Assembly (NCBI RefSeq): GCF_009914755.1
Contig: NC_060937.1
DNA length: 64,000 nt
From: the human T2T-CHM13v2.0 reference genome, Homo sapiens
Strand: one strand, 5' to 3'
Shown: positions 16,531-34,684 of the stretch, piece after piece
Position numbering within the stretch: the stretch's first letter is position 1
Layout of the letters: every line of letters begins with the position of its first letter
Translations under genes and position numbers: made by a program
The notes under the pieces: model-generated
What the model saw: only the letters and a program-made list of their open reading frames with translations
Databases searched by the model: none
Told to the model about the DNA's origin: nothing

Positions 16531-16834
16531 CTTTTTTTTTTTTTTTTTTTTTTTTGAGACAGTCTTACTCTGTTGCCCAGGCTGGAGTGCAGTGGCGCGA
16601 TCTTGACTCACTGCAACCTCCACCTCCTGGTTCAAGTGATTTTCATGCCTCAGCCTCCCGAGTAGCTGGGATTACAGGTGCACAACATCACACCTGGCTA
16701 ATTTTTGTAGTTTTAGCAGAGATTGGGGTTTTGCCGTCTTGGCCAGGCTGGTCTCGAACTCCCAACCTCAAGTGATCCTCCCGTCTCAGCCTCCCAGAGT
16801 AGTGGGATTACAGGTGTGAGCCACCATGCCCGGC
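16531..16834 (-). mobile_element. Alu (AluS), antisense, about 33 nt downstream of exon D
   Basis: T25 tail and dimer; TSD tgaatttatattctttt. Confidence 0.93.
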
Positions 16835-17114
16835 TGAATTTATATTCTTTTATTCATATATGTGAATGAGTGGCAGTCTAGAACCTTTAGAATTCTTACT
16901 TCCAGCCACCTAAGAACTTCCTCCCTGGTGGTGGGCCTTAGTTCTTCCACTGGCATAAATTGTGACCAAGAAACTCAGAGCATGATATTCCACATCAGGT
17001 TAGACTTGTGAACATTCACAAGGCTATTTAGGGAATAGAAATTGGTTTTTTCAGAGAAGTATGATTGCAAATCTATTTGTAAGAACAAATGACTACAGGC
17101 CAGGGACTTAGAGC

Positions 17115-17668
17115 TGGATGTGGGTGTGGATGTGGATGTAGGTGTGGATGTAGATGCAGATGTAGATGTGGATGTGGATTTGGGTGTGGATGTGGATGTA
17201 GGTGTGGATGTAGATGCAGATGTAGATGTGGATGTGGATATGGGTGTGGATGTGGATGTAGATAGGATGTGGATGTGGATATACATGTGGATGTGATATG
17301 GATGTGGATATAGATAAGGATGTAGATGTGGATATGGATGTGGATGTAGGTGTGGGTGTGGATGTAGGTAGGATATGGATGTGGATATAAATGGATGTGA
17401 TGGATGTGGATGTAGATGTGGATATAGATGTGGATGTGGATATTGATGTGGACGTGGATGTGGGTGTGGGTGTGGATGTAGATATGGATTTGGATGTAAA
17501 TGTGGATGTGATAGGGATGTGGATAGGGTTGTGGATGTAGATGTGGATATTGATGTGGATGTAGATGTGGATATGGATGTGAATATTGATGTGGATGTGG
17601 GTTTAGGTGCAGGTGTGGATGTAGATATGGATGTACATATTGATATGGATATGGATGTGGATATAGGT
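17115..17668. repeat. (GATGTG)n-type degenerate hexamer tandem repeat, about 550 bp
   Basis: Continuous gatgtg/gatgta/gatatg/ggtgtg units. Confidence 0.95.
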
Positions 17669-18647
17669 ATATAAAAGTCAGCTGTCCACTAGTTATTTTT
17701 AGCCAGAAACATATGGGCTGCTTTGTTCAATATCCACGGAGAGGACAGTGCAGTCTTGTGGTTTCTTTATCCTTTCATGTCTCAGTCCTAAATGGTTAAG
17801 GTAGTGATAACATTTTGCAGAGCGCATTGAGGAGGAGTGTTGTCAGAGGAGAACCAGGGTGGTGGGAACTTGGCATTGGCAATGAGCAGATGGAGAAAGG
17901 GGTCTGGCTGGAGAAGAGTGTAACTGAGAGTCTAAAGACTGTGGAGGCTCATGGCAGTATAGTAGCATCTGGGGAACAGCTGGGATTCCTTAGAGGCTAA
18001 CCCCAGAGATGACATTCAGCTCCTTCTCCCTTCCCTGTGTTGTAGACATGCCAACACGATAGGTAGAAAAGCAAGGGTTATATATGCTTGTAAGGGGAAA
18101 ACAAAAATGAAGGTGGAAACTTCCCTGTTGACTGGCTTGCTTTTACTTTAGATTCACTTGGTTGGGGATTGGGAACTTTCAGAATCCATCACAGAGCTGT
18201 GCAAAACCTAGATTAGAATCTAACAAACAAGTAAGCAAGGAGAAATAGAAAGTAAATGTTTGAAAATTCGATTCAATAGTATCCAAAAGTCTATGGAGAA
18301 TTTAAATAACAACTTTGGCCACTTTGATTGTATATACAGTGTAATACCAAGTGGTATACATGAAAGGAGTTGTGTTTTTATCAACATTAATAGCCTTTGA
18401 AGAGTTATTTTTCATCAGAAGTAACAGATGGTTGATGGTATTCCGCAGCAGCAATTGATCTGAAAGACAGAAGGGGATCTAGGATATTTCATGAATAATA
18501 ATAAATTCATAGACATGTCTGGTTCTAAACCATGGTCATTTATTTTAATATTTACAAGGTCAAATGTGCAAAAAATATGTAAAACATGAGTGTATTCTTC
18601 TTCCTTTGTTATTTCGCTGAATACAGAATGTTGTTCTTATTGCATAA

Positions 18648-18881
<234 letters not shown>

Positions 18882-19714
18882 TGAAATTTAGATTAAAAAC
18901 TACAAATGATGCATTACTATTTCAGGTACTTTTATGTTACATGTAGTGTTTCATTCATTGTTAGGTTTTAAACTATTGTAATAACATTCTTGATCTACTA
19001 GATGTAAGTCATATTTTCTAAAAGCAATAGAAAAGACAAATCCCAGTTCTCCAGGGACATTACTTTGCTAAGAAGTGAAGAATTTTAAGATTAATTTAGG
19101 CTATGAATCATTTCCTTCACAGTGTTCAGCACATATCTAATTAAGAAGATATTATTACTTTATATTAGAGAATAAACTTGAAAAATCATATATCTCATTT
19201 GAAATGATCAAGGTACCAAAGAGTTTGGCAAATTGAAAGATGTTTAATCTTGATGATGGTAGAAAATGGCATCACAAAAAACACGTCCTCTTGAAATGGG
19301 AGAAGGAAGCCAGTTATTAAGCATGATCAATGCCTGCTAACACCCCACATTTGGCTAAATGCCATACACCTTGTTCAGAGAAAACACTTATTGCTATCTT
19401 GCAAGCTGGCATGGGTGGCCAAACCAAATGCATAATTTGATGAAAGAGGGACCAGCTTTTCATGTCATATATTTCTTTAGAAAATTACCACTTTCTGTTT
19501 TCTTCTTTTAAAAATAACTACTTTGGTTTTGTAACACTTGACATAGTCACTGTCTTTATAAAATATTTTCAACTTCACAGTCTTTTCTGTTCATATTTCT
19601 TCAGATAGCTTTCTGATGTATTTCAGGGCCACATCTCTGGCATCTGGTAAATGAATCTCTAAGACATATTATATTTTAGCAAACCTTCATCAAGTTTGTA
19701 ATTATGAAAGTAAT

Positions 19715-19915
19715 GATAATAATAATTACCATGTATGTGTCAGGTAGTGTGCTAAGTGCTTTATAAATAATATCTCATTTGACCCTCATAATAACCTAAG
19801 GATTGGTTTGGTTATTATCCCATTGTACAGATACTGAGACTGAGGCTTAGAGAGGTTAACTGCCTCCTGCAAAATCAACAGCTAGAATGTAACAGAGCCA
19901 AAATTCAACAACAGA
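19715..19915 (-). mobile_element. MIR
   Basis: gtgctaagtgcttta...ttattatcccattgtacagat...actgaggcttagagaggttaac. Confidence 0.7.
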
Positions 19916-20643
19916 TATATACACATGCCTCTAACGCCCCACTTCTTAAGTGCTAATCCACTAGACTGCATCAAAGATGTTCCTCATATGTTGCTTTCTT
20001 TGACCAGCCATAATTTTTTTTAAACCATTGTCATTCACACAGAAATAGAGACATCCCAAGGCTTTTCTATAAGGCTTTTGAGTAAATAATTTTATATTTT
20101 CCAATTTCTCCATAAGGGATGGTGAATGAATATATAATATATAAATAAATGAATATTCATTTATACATTCATTACATATATTTTGTTCATAATATATAAA
20201 TGAATGGATGAATTAATTTATAAATTTATGATATATAAATGAATCCATTCATTTATGTATTATTCACATAGAATTTTCACTAAGATACTCTCTCGTGCAC
20301 TTTCCAATTTGCATCTTGTATCAAATAGTTACATACTATGTAGATACTACAAAGAGTGTGTGGTCAGTCTAGTTTCTTTGGGACTAAAATTCAGTCACAG
20401 TAAACAATTTATCAGTTATTTTAACAGATCAATGACTTAAAATAAGTAGCATTTTAGTTAGCAGTCTAACAAAGCATATTCTTGCAGAATTTCTACTCCT
20501 CGAAATTAATAACATGAACACTGTAGTGAATAATGTATGGCACTGGTAGATTCTCATGTACATGTATGAGTCTGAAATTCAGGTATATGTCTTTTCAGTA
20601 CAATGTGAAATTGGAGCTCTAATTATCTTCCACTAAAACTTGA

Positions 20644-20949
<306 letters not shown>

Positions 20950-22590
20950 TAAAAGCTCTGGACCTATCTAAAATAGTCAGTGAAAAATTATGTGGAATAA
21001 TTTGGGTGTTTATGTCAGATTAATAAACTGACCCAAAGGTACTTATGAAGATAAGACTAGTTTTTCAGATGTTAATTTAAGAGACATTCAGATAAATTTC
21101 ACACAAAATCTGGATCTTAGGAATATAGATAATATTTTTAAACAACAGTTTTAAGAATTGCTCAGGATTCTTAAGGAAAATTACTTTGCCTTTTTCATTG
21201 TACTTATCACTTAATACTATATGTAACACTTAATATTGTACTTAATATGTAACTTCTATTTATGTGGTACTTTATAGTTTACAGAGTGCTTTCACATTTA
21301 TTATTCGATTTGATTCTCACAGTTACTGAAACTCAAAAATGTTAAGGGGTAAGTCCACAGTCACACAAAAGGAGAGTTTTAAAGCCCAGGGTCAAGTCTG
21401 GGCTCTCGAACTCTCCTCCCCAGGTTTGGACTCTGAACCTAGGAGAGCTTTATCTGCTACACAAATACATTCTTCCTTTTTAAAAGCACATTGGCAACTT
21501 TCAATTTCCTGAACAAGTGTAGAAGGGAAATTTAAACTGATTTTAGTTATCTGACTTTTAAAAAATAAAAGTATAATAACAGGACCTGGATTAATTTGGG
21601 CTAAATAGCTGAAGGGAGGCAGGGCAGAGCTGAGACTCCTTGCAGAATCCATGTTACTGATGTTGCTGATGCCTGATGTGCAGATACTTGTCAGATAATT
21701 ATAAATGTATACAAAACCTGAAGACATTTCAGAGCTCTTCATGGCCTTTTCTAACTTGATTGAAAACAGATTCCTATTTTTAGTGGCCCTGTTCTTGCTT
21801 ATGATCATAATAATAATACACTAAAACTATAAGCCAGGTACTGCAGACCTTAACAGTAATAGTGAAATAGTCCTACTTCTTTTAGAATTTCAAATTGTTC
21901 TGACATGGAATGGAATACTAAGCTTTGTTTAATGTACGTATCCTACTTGCCTACAGATAACACTTTATATTTTGTTCATGTGCTTTTGTTCTGTGTGTAC
22001 CAAAATCAAAATCTTAACCTGGGTAACCAGCTCAGCAATACTGCAGTTAGGAAGATATACAGAAACGGGGAGAGAGTAATGGGAGAAGCAGTGACTGCTT
22101 TGTGCCAGGTGTTTTTACAGCTGTTACTTCATGTAATTCACTGAAAGATTTGGTGAGATCAGCATTATAATTCCCAAGTCATAAATTCAATACACAGAGA
22201 TTCTGGGATGTTCAGTACTTTTCTCAGGTCACAGGCTTTGGGCAGAGCCTATGTTGCCATCTCATCTCTCAGGCTCTGTAGCTCCAGCTCTGCCCCTTAC
22301 AGCCTATTGACCATTGAGGCCACAATTATAACACTCTTACCCATGGGAACTCATAAACCCAACAGTTAATTCATCATTTTACATGCCTAACAAACATAAA
22401 GGCAGTGTCCTCTCTTGGCACAATAGCTAGATTATTTGAAAATTGATGTCCCCTGAACTTTGGTATCTAGACTTAAAAGAGAACAAAATGGAATATAAGA
22501 ACTTACTAATATAGATATTTATCTTTCAAGAGATTTCAAGAGATTTTTATTTTTGCTTGCTATCATAGGGCAAGAATATGTGGGTATCTT

Positions 22591-23027
<437 letters not shown>

Positions 23028-23433
23028 TCATAGCTTTAAGAACGTGTTAATTACAATGATAAAAACACATTTGTGAATCTCAGAGATGAATAACTTTTCA
23101 GAATTTTAAAATACTGAATCCATGTTTCAGTTTAAATTTACTGTCATATATTCATTCAACAAATAATTAGTGAACAGTTTCTGTGTATTGATGCACAGTG
23201 CTCTGTGGCAATAAACCTGTCAAAATGTGACCCAGGTTCTTAAATTTTGCACTTAAGCTGCTTATCATCTAGCATAGGAAGACTGATGACCACACACCAA
23301 GGTCAAATGTGGTAGGTGCAGGATTGGTGTTTCAGATTCAAAGCCAGCCCAGTGCACTCAGCAAAAGCACTGTGCAAGAATGAGTAGTCAGGCTGAGCCT
23401 TGATGAGGATGGATAACTTCAGTTCGGGTTTAA

Positions 23434-23721
<288 letters not shown>

Positions 23722-24095
23722 TAAGGGATTCTTGTGTTTTCCTCTGCCCTCTTGTTTTTCCATTTGCCCTCTTAAATTTTCATTTTGTGTAAGAGATTGG
23801 GATGTTATCATCCCAATTTCTGAACTTCCTACTAGAGAATTCTTAACATTGAGTAAAAACATTAAAAAAATTTTGTCTAAAGCTAGTGGTTTTTTGCCTT
23901 AATAATCAGTATGATTGTCTAAGTCTATAATTTCAGACTTTTAATGGTAAAAGATACTTTAAAGTTCTTCTGTTTGACTTTTCATCCAATGCAGATACTC
24001 TTTGAATAACATTCTTAATCGACAGTTGTTCAACTCTATTTGAGTACTTCCTATGATCTTTATTTAATAAGTGATATTTAAAATCCAGAACTTAG

Positions 24096-24323
<228 letters not shown>

Positions 24324-24785
24324 TGACATGCTTCAGAAGAATTATTCTGTAAGGTTTTTTTTTAGCTTGTTTGTCTAGAGTTCACAGTGCAAATTGCACT
24401 GTGCCTGCCATCTGGAGTATTATGGGATCAGATTTTCATCCTACACATTTCTAAATTCCATTGAGTGTTTATATGAATAATTTATTACTCCTCCCTGACA
24501 AGCAGGGAACCAAAGATAAAGAAAAGTTGAGAAACCTGCTTAAGACCATAGAGTGACTTGTATTTATTCGTGCCCTGAGGTTTGGTTTGTGTCCTACAAC
24601 ACCACACTACATTTCTTTCACTCCTCACTGAGTATTCACCTTTAAATCATGCCTTGATTAAATAAATTATCTTGTTAAAGATAGCTTTATAGACTTAAAT
24701 GGTTTTAAAAAGAAGACCGTTATAAAAAAAATTTCTTTAGAATTTGTGTTCCAGGTGAGAATTGCATTCATTTTGCTGTATTAAA

Positions 24786-24787
<2 letters not shown>

Positions 24788-24826
<39 letters not shown>
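24788..24826. repeat. (TG)~19 microsatellite
   Basis: Perfect TG run. Confidence 0.97.
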
Positions 24827-24828
<2 letters not shown>

Positions 24829-24883
24829 CCTGAAATGATGGCAGTGCCTTGGGATATGGTTCAGTACTTTGAAACTGTTATAA

Positions 24884-25108
<225 letters not shown>

Positions 25109-25470
25109 TAAATTCATACATGCTGCTGCTATTGTAGTTCCTTTATTAACTCAGATTTGAGTCTGTGTGTTGGCGTGTGCCCAGAGAGTTTATAGGCTTT
25201 GTGTGACTTCCCACTACATCGTCTTGGTTGATGTGCATGTAACAAGCATTCCTTGCAACTGCCTCTCCTGTCACTTTTAGTCATTGCAACTTTGATTTTA
25301 CCTCTCAGATTTTATTTCACTGGCAAGCTTTGTTTTAGACAACTAAAAATGAAGATAGTTCAGTATCAATCCCAGTTGGCCAGACTGTTCAGAGGTTATC
25401 ACATCAAAATAATAACAGTCTGCTCATCAGCCATTTACCCAACAGATTCTCAAAGGTTAAGCATTGATAA

Positions 25471-25817
<347 letters not shown>

Positions 25818-26111
25818 TTCATTGATCTTTCTATAGGGCACTTTCTTTGCCTTAATGTAACCATATACCTGCTTTCTGGATTCCTTATTTATTCACATTT
25901 GCAATCAAATAATCATTCCATCTGAAGTACTGTCAAAGCCTTTGAAAGAAACATTGTAAAATGTTAGTTTGGTTTGCCTCTGATGACTTTAGATAAGCAA
26001 CAAAACCCTATAAAGACAAATAAAATCGCAAACAAAATTTTCCATGTAGATAGAAATGAGAAACCTCCAAGCATTTATGAGAAACCCTACTTGAAAAATA
26101 AAGATTAATAA

Positions 26112-26473
<362 letters not shown>

Positions 26474-26577
26474 CAGATTTTATTCTTAAAAGAAGTAATT
26501 GTGGGTTCTGACTGCGTAGGTTACCAGTTAACCAGAGTTTTACTAGTTATTGGTTAATTAATTAAGACAAAATATCA

Positions 26578-26934
<357 letters not shown>

Positions 26935-28261
26935 TTACCTGAAGAATCTAAGATTGTTTTGCATATATAGACCTCTAAATACTTCTGGAGGCAGGTAAGA
27001 TTATGCAACCAACTAGCCTCATGAGTCTAGAAAACTTAATGTCTCTGGGCCTCAGTTTTCTCAACTGTAAAATTGGCATAATAAATAAAAATATATAAGT
27101 GTATCTGTCTAATTTTTTAAATGTTAGTATAGAGAATCCATCTCATAAATTTATTGAGAAGGCATATTAAATGTAAATATTCACAATGTAAATATTTGTT
27201 AAATGGTAGCTGTAAAGTGGAGGAAATTATCGATGTTATTCCCATTTCTTCGATGAAGAAATTCTAATGTCTGCATTGGAGAAATCAGGAATAGAACCCA
27301 GGCTTTCTGTCTCTCGATATGGAATGTCATAGAGTTTATCTTCCTGTCTTTGGATTTTCCTGGCTAGTGATGTTTAATAGAACAAAATATCCTACCAGAA
27401 AGTACAAGGTTTTCAAACTTGGGCATACTACAGACAAAATACCTACATACTAGTCTGACAACAAGCTACATCTTATCTTTTTGTCTGTTTTTTGACCTAG
27501 CAATTCAGAAGTTATTTCTTGAAGAAGAGAACTAATTAGATTAGAAAGTGTAATGTTGAGAACTGGAGATAATCAGAACAAAGATATATACTGTGATCAA
27601 GACTTACATTTTTACTACATAAAAGAAAAGGTTTTGATGGGAATCTCACAATTTTAGTACTTGCCATACAGAATTTTTTATTTATTATATAGTGGAAATA
27701 AAGGAATTTAGTTCTGAAATCCAAAAAAGGCTTTGTTTTAAAGTCAACTGTAAGTCAGTTTGCGGAGCACAGATCCCAAATGCAGCACTGTGGTAATTGC
27801 ACCCATCTCTTTTCCACTAATTAGACTGAAAATTTCTTGTGTACAGGGGCTCAATTTTATTTATCTTGAGCTCCATAGCTTGCAGTAAAGTGCTTGAATT
27901 TAGCAAATACTTGGAAAATATTGTTTGTTTAATTGTTCACATAGGGTTTTGTTTTTTTGTTTGTTTGTTTGTTTTTTGCCATAGAGATCTCCAGAACATT
28001 AAATCAAAATCAAGTCAACAAATAGATTTTAAGCCAGAATTATATGCATAGCACTGGAATTAAGACCAGTAATACAAAGTATAGGCCAATACCTGTTTCC
28101 AGCTTAGCACGTGATTGGGAAATGGAGAGATCAGGGAGATTGTGATGTCAGAAGCAAAGTGTAAAAAGCAAGTGATTTGGGATTAAATGGATATAGAGTA
28201 TTTAGTGACAAGTTTGGTGTCAAAAACAATGAATTTCAAATTTGACCTTTTTCCTCCACAG

Positions 28262-28319
28262 AGAATTGGTAGAAGAACTTCATCCATTAATGAAAGAAGC
28301 TCTGGAAAGAAGACCAGAG
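28262..28319 (+). CDS. FRY: FRY coding exon J (58 nt): R-ELVEELHPLMKEALERRPE
   Basis: Acceptor ttcctccacag|A GAA; donor GAG|gtaaga; phase 2 to 0. Confidence 0.94.
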
Positions 28320-28780
28320 GTAAGAATTTGAATTTAAAAAATTAAGGCTTGGTTTTTTGGACAATCATCTGAATTTAAATCAAACCTAGTGATTTCCCCT
28401 AAAGAATACAAACCCCTAACACCTTTTAACAAATGAATCTTTATATTTTAACTTTTGTTGTTTTTATTATTTTTCAGTTTTCATTATTTAGTATAAAATG
28501 GTTCTATAGATTTTATGTCCTAAACATACAAATGCAAAACAACTTAAAATACTCATGTTTGTCAACTATTACATTCTTTTGCAGGAGGTTTGAGTTAAAA
28601 TTGAATTTTGGGTTTTTGTGTGTTTGCTTGTTTTTTCACAAGGAGTTGAATGGCCAAGAATGTAATTTGTTTCATCTGGCATACGAGGCATTTTCCCTAG
28701 CATCACCTTCCCTGAAGTGAATTCTGAAAAGGATGAACTTATAATGTACCAGGATAAAAATAATAATAAGACTAGAAAAG

Positions 28781-29083
<303 letters not shown>

Positions 29084-29138
29084 CTAGAAAAGGAGGCTTC
29101 TCATATAGTAGCAATGATACAAGAAATAGCAGAAATTA

Positions 29139-29490
<352 letters not shown>

Positions 29491-29859
29491 AAGAAATAAC
29501 AGAAATTCAGCAGTGTGAATAAGAACAAACAGTGTTACTTCCATGACCAGAACTGGGATTATTTCATGTCCCCTGCCCCTTTCACTGGTTTGAGATGCTT
29601 CTGCCTTTCAGCAGACACTGGGAGCATCTGGGAAATGAGGCTTGTTGGTTCTCAACATTGCCACCTAATATTTACTGACCCACTTATGATGTTTTTTTTT
29701 CTTACAGCCTGTAGATAGCAAGCATTTCCTCTGAGGATTAGGAAGAAAGAAAAATGTATGCTGACTTTTATGCTTAGAAAATTGAAAATGACTAGATTAT
29801 GCCTTTTGTTAATACCATTTTCTAAAACAAAGTTAATATTGTTTTGCCTGTGTCTGTAA

Positions 29860-29976
<117 letters not shown>

Positions 29977-30227
29977 TAGGGTCAGAATTCTACCGAGTTG
30001 CTCTCTTCTCACCAGACTGATCTTTTTGTTTTCTTTCTGTCTCTCTCTTTTGTCTTTTCTTTGTTTTTAAATATAATACCCTTAACTTAGAAAAATCCAA
30101 AAACTCGCTTTTTCTTTTTTCATATTTTCTTTACACTGCATATAGGTTAGGAACAACTTTAGTGTGTGAGTTGTGACAGTGAATCTTAGTTTTCATGAAG
30201 CCTGTATTACTTTGACATAAAGACTGA

Positions 30228-30581
<354 letters not shown>

Positions 30582-31518
30582 TGAGAACAGATTGTCATTA
30601 CTCAGCACAGAGTTGGAAGGGGAATGATAAGTATTAAATTTGGCTTTGTGTGTGTCATTTCTATTCTTTGTTTTGGTTTCCATCTGAAAATGAACTGATG
30701 TGATTTCCATAGGAAGGAAGTAATTCAGAAGGAACATTCACACAGGCTTCATTTTTTTCACATTGTCTCTGTACTAATCTGTGAACAGGTAATTTCAGCA
30801 ATATTTCTTCTCTCTGACTCTACCCTACCAACACATTAAATGTAATTCTATAAAGCTTAATATATTTTACATTTGATTAAATATTACATTATGGAGAAAA
30901 TTATCTTTCACAGAGCAAATGGGTATGAAACATCTTCATTCTAATAGAACATAGAAAATAAAATATCTGGTTAGTTTGCTATAAAAAATTATTCTAATTA
31001 AATTTTTTGATATTATTACAAAAAGCCCCTTATCAACTAATATTTCCGCTTTTCGCTATTTTGATGTTAATAACCTTCTTTACCAATCCTTCTCATCTTC
31101 AGCGACCCTAAATTAAGATTTCAGTTTACCTCTTCAGTTAAAGCGAAGTACCTATGTGAGTTTGAAATAGACAGTCTATGCTATTTCCGAGTTCTCTTAA
31201 AGATGGGCAGCAGTCAAAAAACATTTAATATGTAAGCAGCAGCTGAGTGGGAAGTGTTGCAGTTTTCCCAGGTATTGATTAGAAAAAAATCTCTGCAGGT
31301 CCTATTTTTGATCTTTCTTTCCCACTCTGAGTCAAGGTGCTGCTGGCTGCAACGTGAGGACAGGAAGAGTGCACACTTAGAAAAGAAAATGTGGCTTGAC
31401 TTTTTAAGTGCATGTTTCATTGCCTAAAGAAAACTGTAGTTAAAAAATGAAGTGGTTCCTTTCCTCAAAATGTAAGAAATATATATAATAGCGATATACA
31501 GTATGTCCAGTCTTATAA

Positions 31519-31731
<213 letters not shown>

Positions 31732-32595
31732 TGAGTCAGATGGATGGTCTCTCTCGTTAAACTAATAACCATGCCTTAAAAATAAGCTTAAAATAAATAA
31801 TACAATATCATAGAATAAAATCTAAGCGCACATACAAAAAAATCACATGGACACACACGTACATAGCTTTTCTAAGCTCCCATTTTCTTCTCATATTTCT
31901 CCTGTATGGGAACCATATATTTTTGCTCATTTACCCATTATATAGCTGTCTTGTCAATTAACTTTCAACCTAAAAAAGAAAAAAATAGACATCACCTCAG
32001 GTTCAAAATCTACCCAGAGCAACATTCCCTTTTTAATCTCCTTCTATCCTAGAAGACTGCCAGAAATAAATTTCCCCCCAACTAGGACTATTCAAAATCT
32101 TCAGAAGCATGACTCCTTTACAGCCTAATTTCCTTCAGAAAACTAACTGTATATCAGCTCTGTCATACAGAACATAAGTTGCTGACTCTCAGATTACCTT
32201 TGCCTCGGTGGAACTAATTTAAACTATGGCCCTGATAGTCAGTTGGACCTGCCAATTGCAAAGTTATTCAAGATCTCCTCTTCTCCTACTTTCCCTTGAT
32301 TTATCCCTCCACCCACCCCTTTAGAGGAACTAAAGTTTTTATTTTTCATTTTATTTACCTTTGATTAAGGATTATAATTATTTACTTTCATACTTTTCAT
32401 ATATTTTATACTGTCTCAGTTCAATACGTTAGTCCAATATTTGTCGTAAAAGCAAAATTCGAAAAGCTATATTTATCTTATAAGCAGAATTCACTTGAAA
32501 CATTGAAGGAAAGCTTATTTTAAATATTGCAAAATAGTTTTTTGGTTTTGAATACTTACTCTGATCATAAAGAGTTGTTATAATTATAAAATTAA

Positions 32596-33003
<408 letters not shown>

Positions 33004-33410
33004 TGAGATGTGTAAGCATTGTTCACAATACCTCTTCACACATCAGCCACACAAGTATAGATTTATGTGTTGTTTGCTTTACGCTATGATACATCAAGAT
33101 AAAAAAGATAGTAACGTTTATCAAAACTGACCATAAGCTGGGTCATAAAGCAAATCTCAACAAAGGTCACATTAGTGAAATGATAGAGACTATGTTCTCT
33201 AATCAGAGTAGCATTAAGTTGGTATTCAATTCAATAACAAAAAGATAATTTTAAAAAATACTTCCTGATAACCAGTGAGTTGAAGAATAAATTACTATGG
33301 AAACTGGAAAATATTTTTAACTGAAGAATAATGAAAGTACTATATCCTAAACTTGTGGGCTGTAAGTAAAGCCTTTCTTAGAATGAAATGCATAGCCTTA
33401 AACACATATA

Positions 33411-34684
33411 CAAGAGGACTTCAAAAAGTTTTGTGGGAGAATAGAATTAAAAGATAAAAATTTTAAAAATATAAACTTTATTTCTTAATAATCTCCATCA
33501 AGGTTAAGACATTTTTCGAAGTCTTTGCTTACTCCATGCCTAAAGAATCCATCCCAGACCTAAGTCCTGGAAACTTAACCATGTCAATGCCACGTTCTCT
33601 ACATTATTACCTGAAGAAAATTCGTGACTTTTAGAGATTTTTTTAAGATGAGGAAACCAAAAGAAGTCAGAAGGAGCCAAATCAGAACTGTAAGATGGAT
33701 GCCTAATGATTCCCCATCAAAACTCTTGCAAAATTGCCCTCATTTGATGAGAAGAATTAGCAGGAGCATTGTCATGGTGAAAAAGGACTTTCTGGTAAAG
33801 TTCTCCCAGGTATTTTTCTGCTAATGCTTTGGCTAACTTTCTCAAAACACTCTTATAATAGCAGATGTCATTGCTCTTTAGCCTTCTGGAAAGTCAACAA
33901 GCGAAATTCCTTGAGAACCCCAAAAATCTATTGCCATGACCTTTGCTCTTGAATAGTCCACTTTTGCTTTGACTGGACCACTTCCATCTCTTGGTAGCCA
34001 TTGTTTTTATTGTGCTTTGTTTTTAGGATAGCACTGGTAAAGCCATGTTATATCTCCTGTTACAATTCTTTGAAGATCTATAGAATCTTAATTCCATTTG
34101 TTGAAAATTTTCATTGAAAACTCTACTTGTCTACTGCTGATGAGTTTTGGTGCCCGTCACATGGAACATTTGCTAAAGTTTAATTTTTCAGTCAGAATTG
34201 TATAAGCTGAACAGATTGAGATGTCTGTAGTGTTGGTTATTGTGTCTGCTGTTAATCGTCAGTCCTCTTTAATTAGGGCACAAACTAAGTGAATTTTTTC
34301 CTCACAAATTGGTATGGATGGTCTACCACTGTGGGCTTCATCTTCAACATCATCTTAAAACAGGTTTTCTATTTGTAAACTGCTAATTTCTTTGGAAGAA
34401 TTGCCCCATACATTTTTTTAAAGCAGCAATGATTTCACTATTCTTCCACCCAAGCTTCACTATAAATTTGATATTTGTACTTGCTTCAATTTCAGCAGGA
34501 TTCATGTTACTCTGATAGCGGCTCTTTTCAAACTGATGTCTTCTCCTTCTTAGTGCCTCAAACTAAATTCTGTTCAGACATGTTATAACAAGTTAGCACA
34601 AGTTTATTTTGGTGCAAAAAATTTTTAATCCATGCATAATTTTTTCATAATATACATTTTCCATGAGCTTTCTGAAGACTCTCA
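33411..34684 (-). mobile_element. Hsmar2-type mariner DNA transposon, near full length, defective transposase
   Basis: Inverted termini caagaggacttcaaaaagtt / agctttctgaagactctca flanked by TA; minus-strand fragments RIVTGDITWLYQ and QWLPRDGSGPVKAK resemble mariner transposase. Confidence 0.88.

Noticed and set aside
16975-17286. Thr/Ser/Pro-rich mucin-like ORF
   Set aside because: It is the antisense translation of the (GATGTG)n repeat
33624-33824. Plus-strand ORF inside the mariner as a domesticated transposase
   Set aside because: It is antisense to the transposase, and the transposase strand has stops and frameshifts
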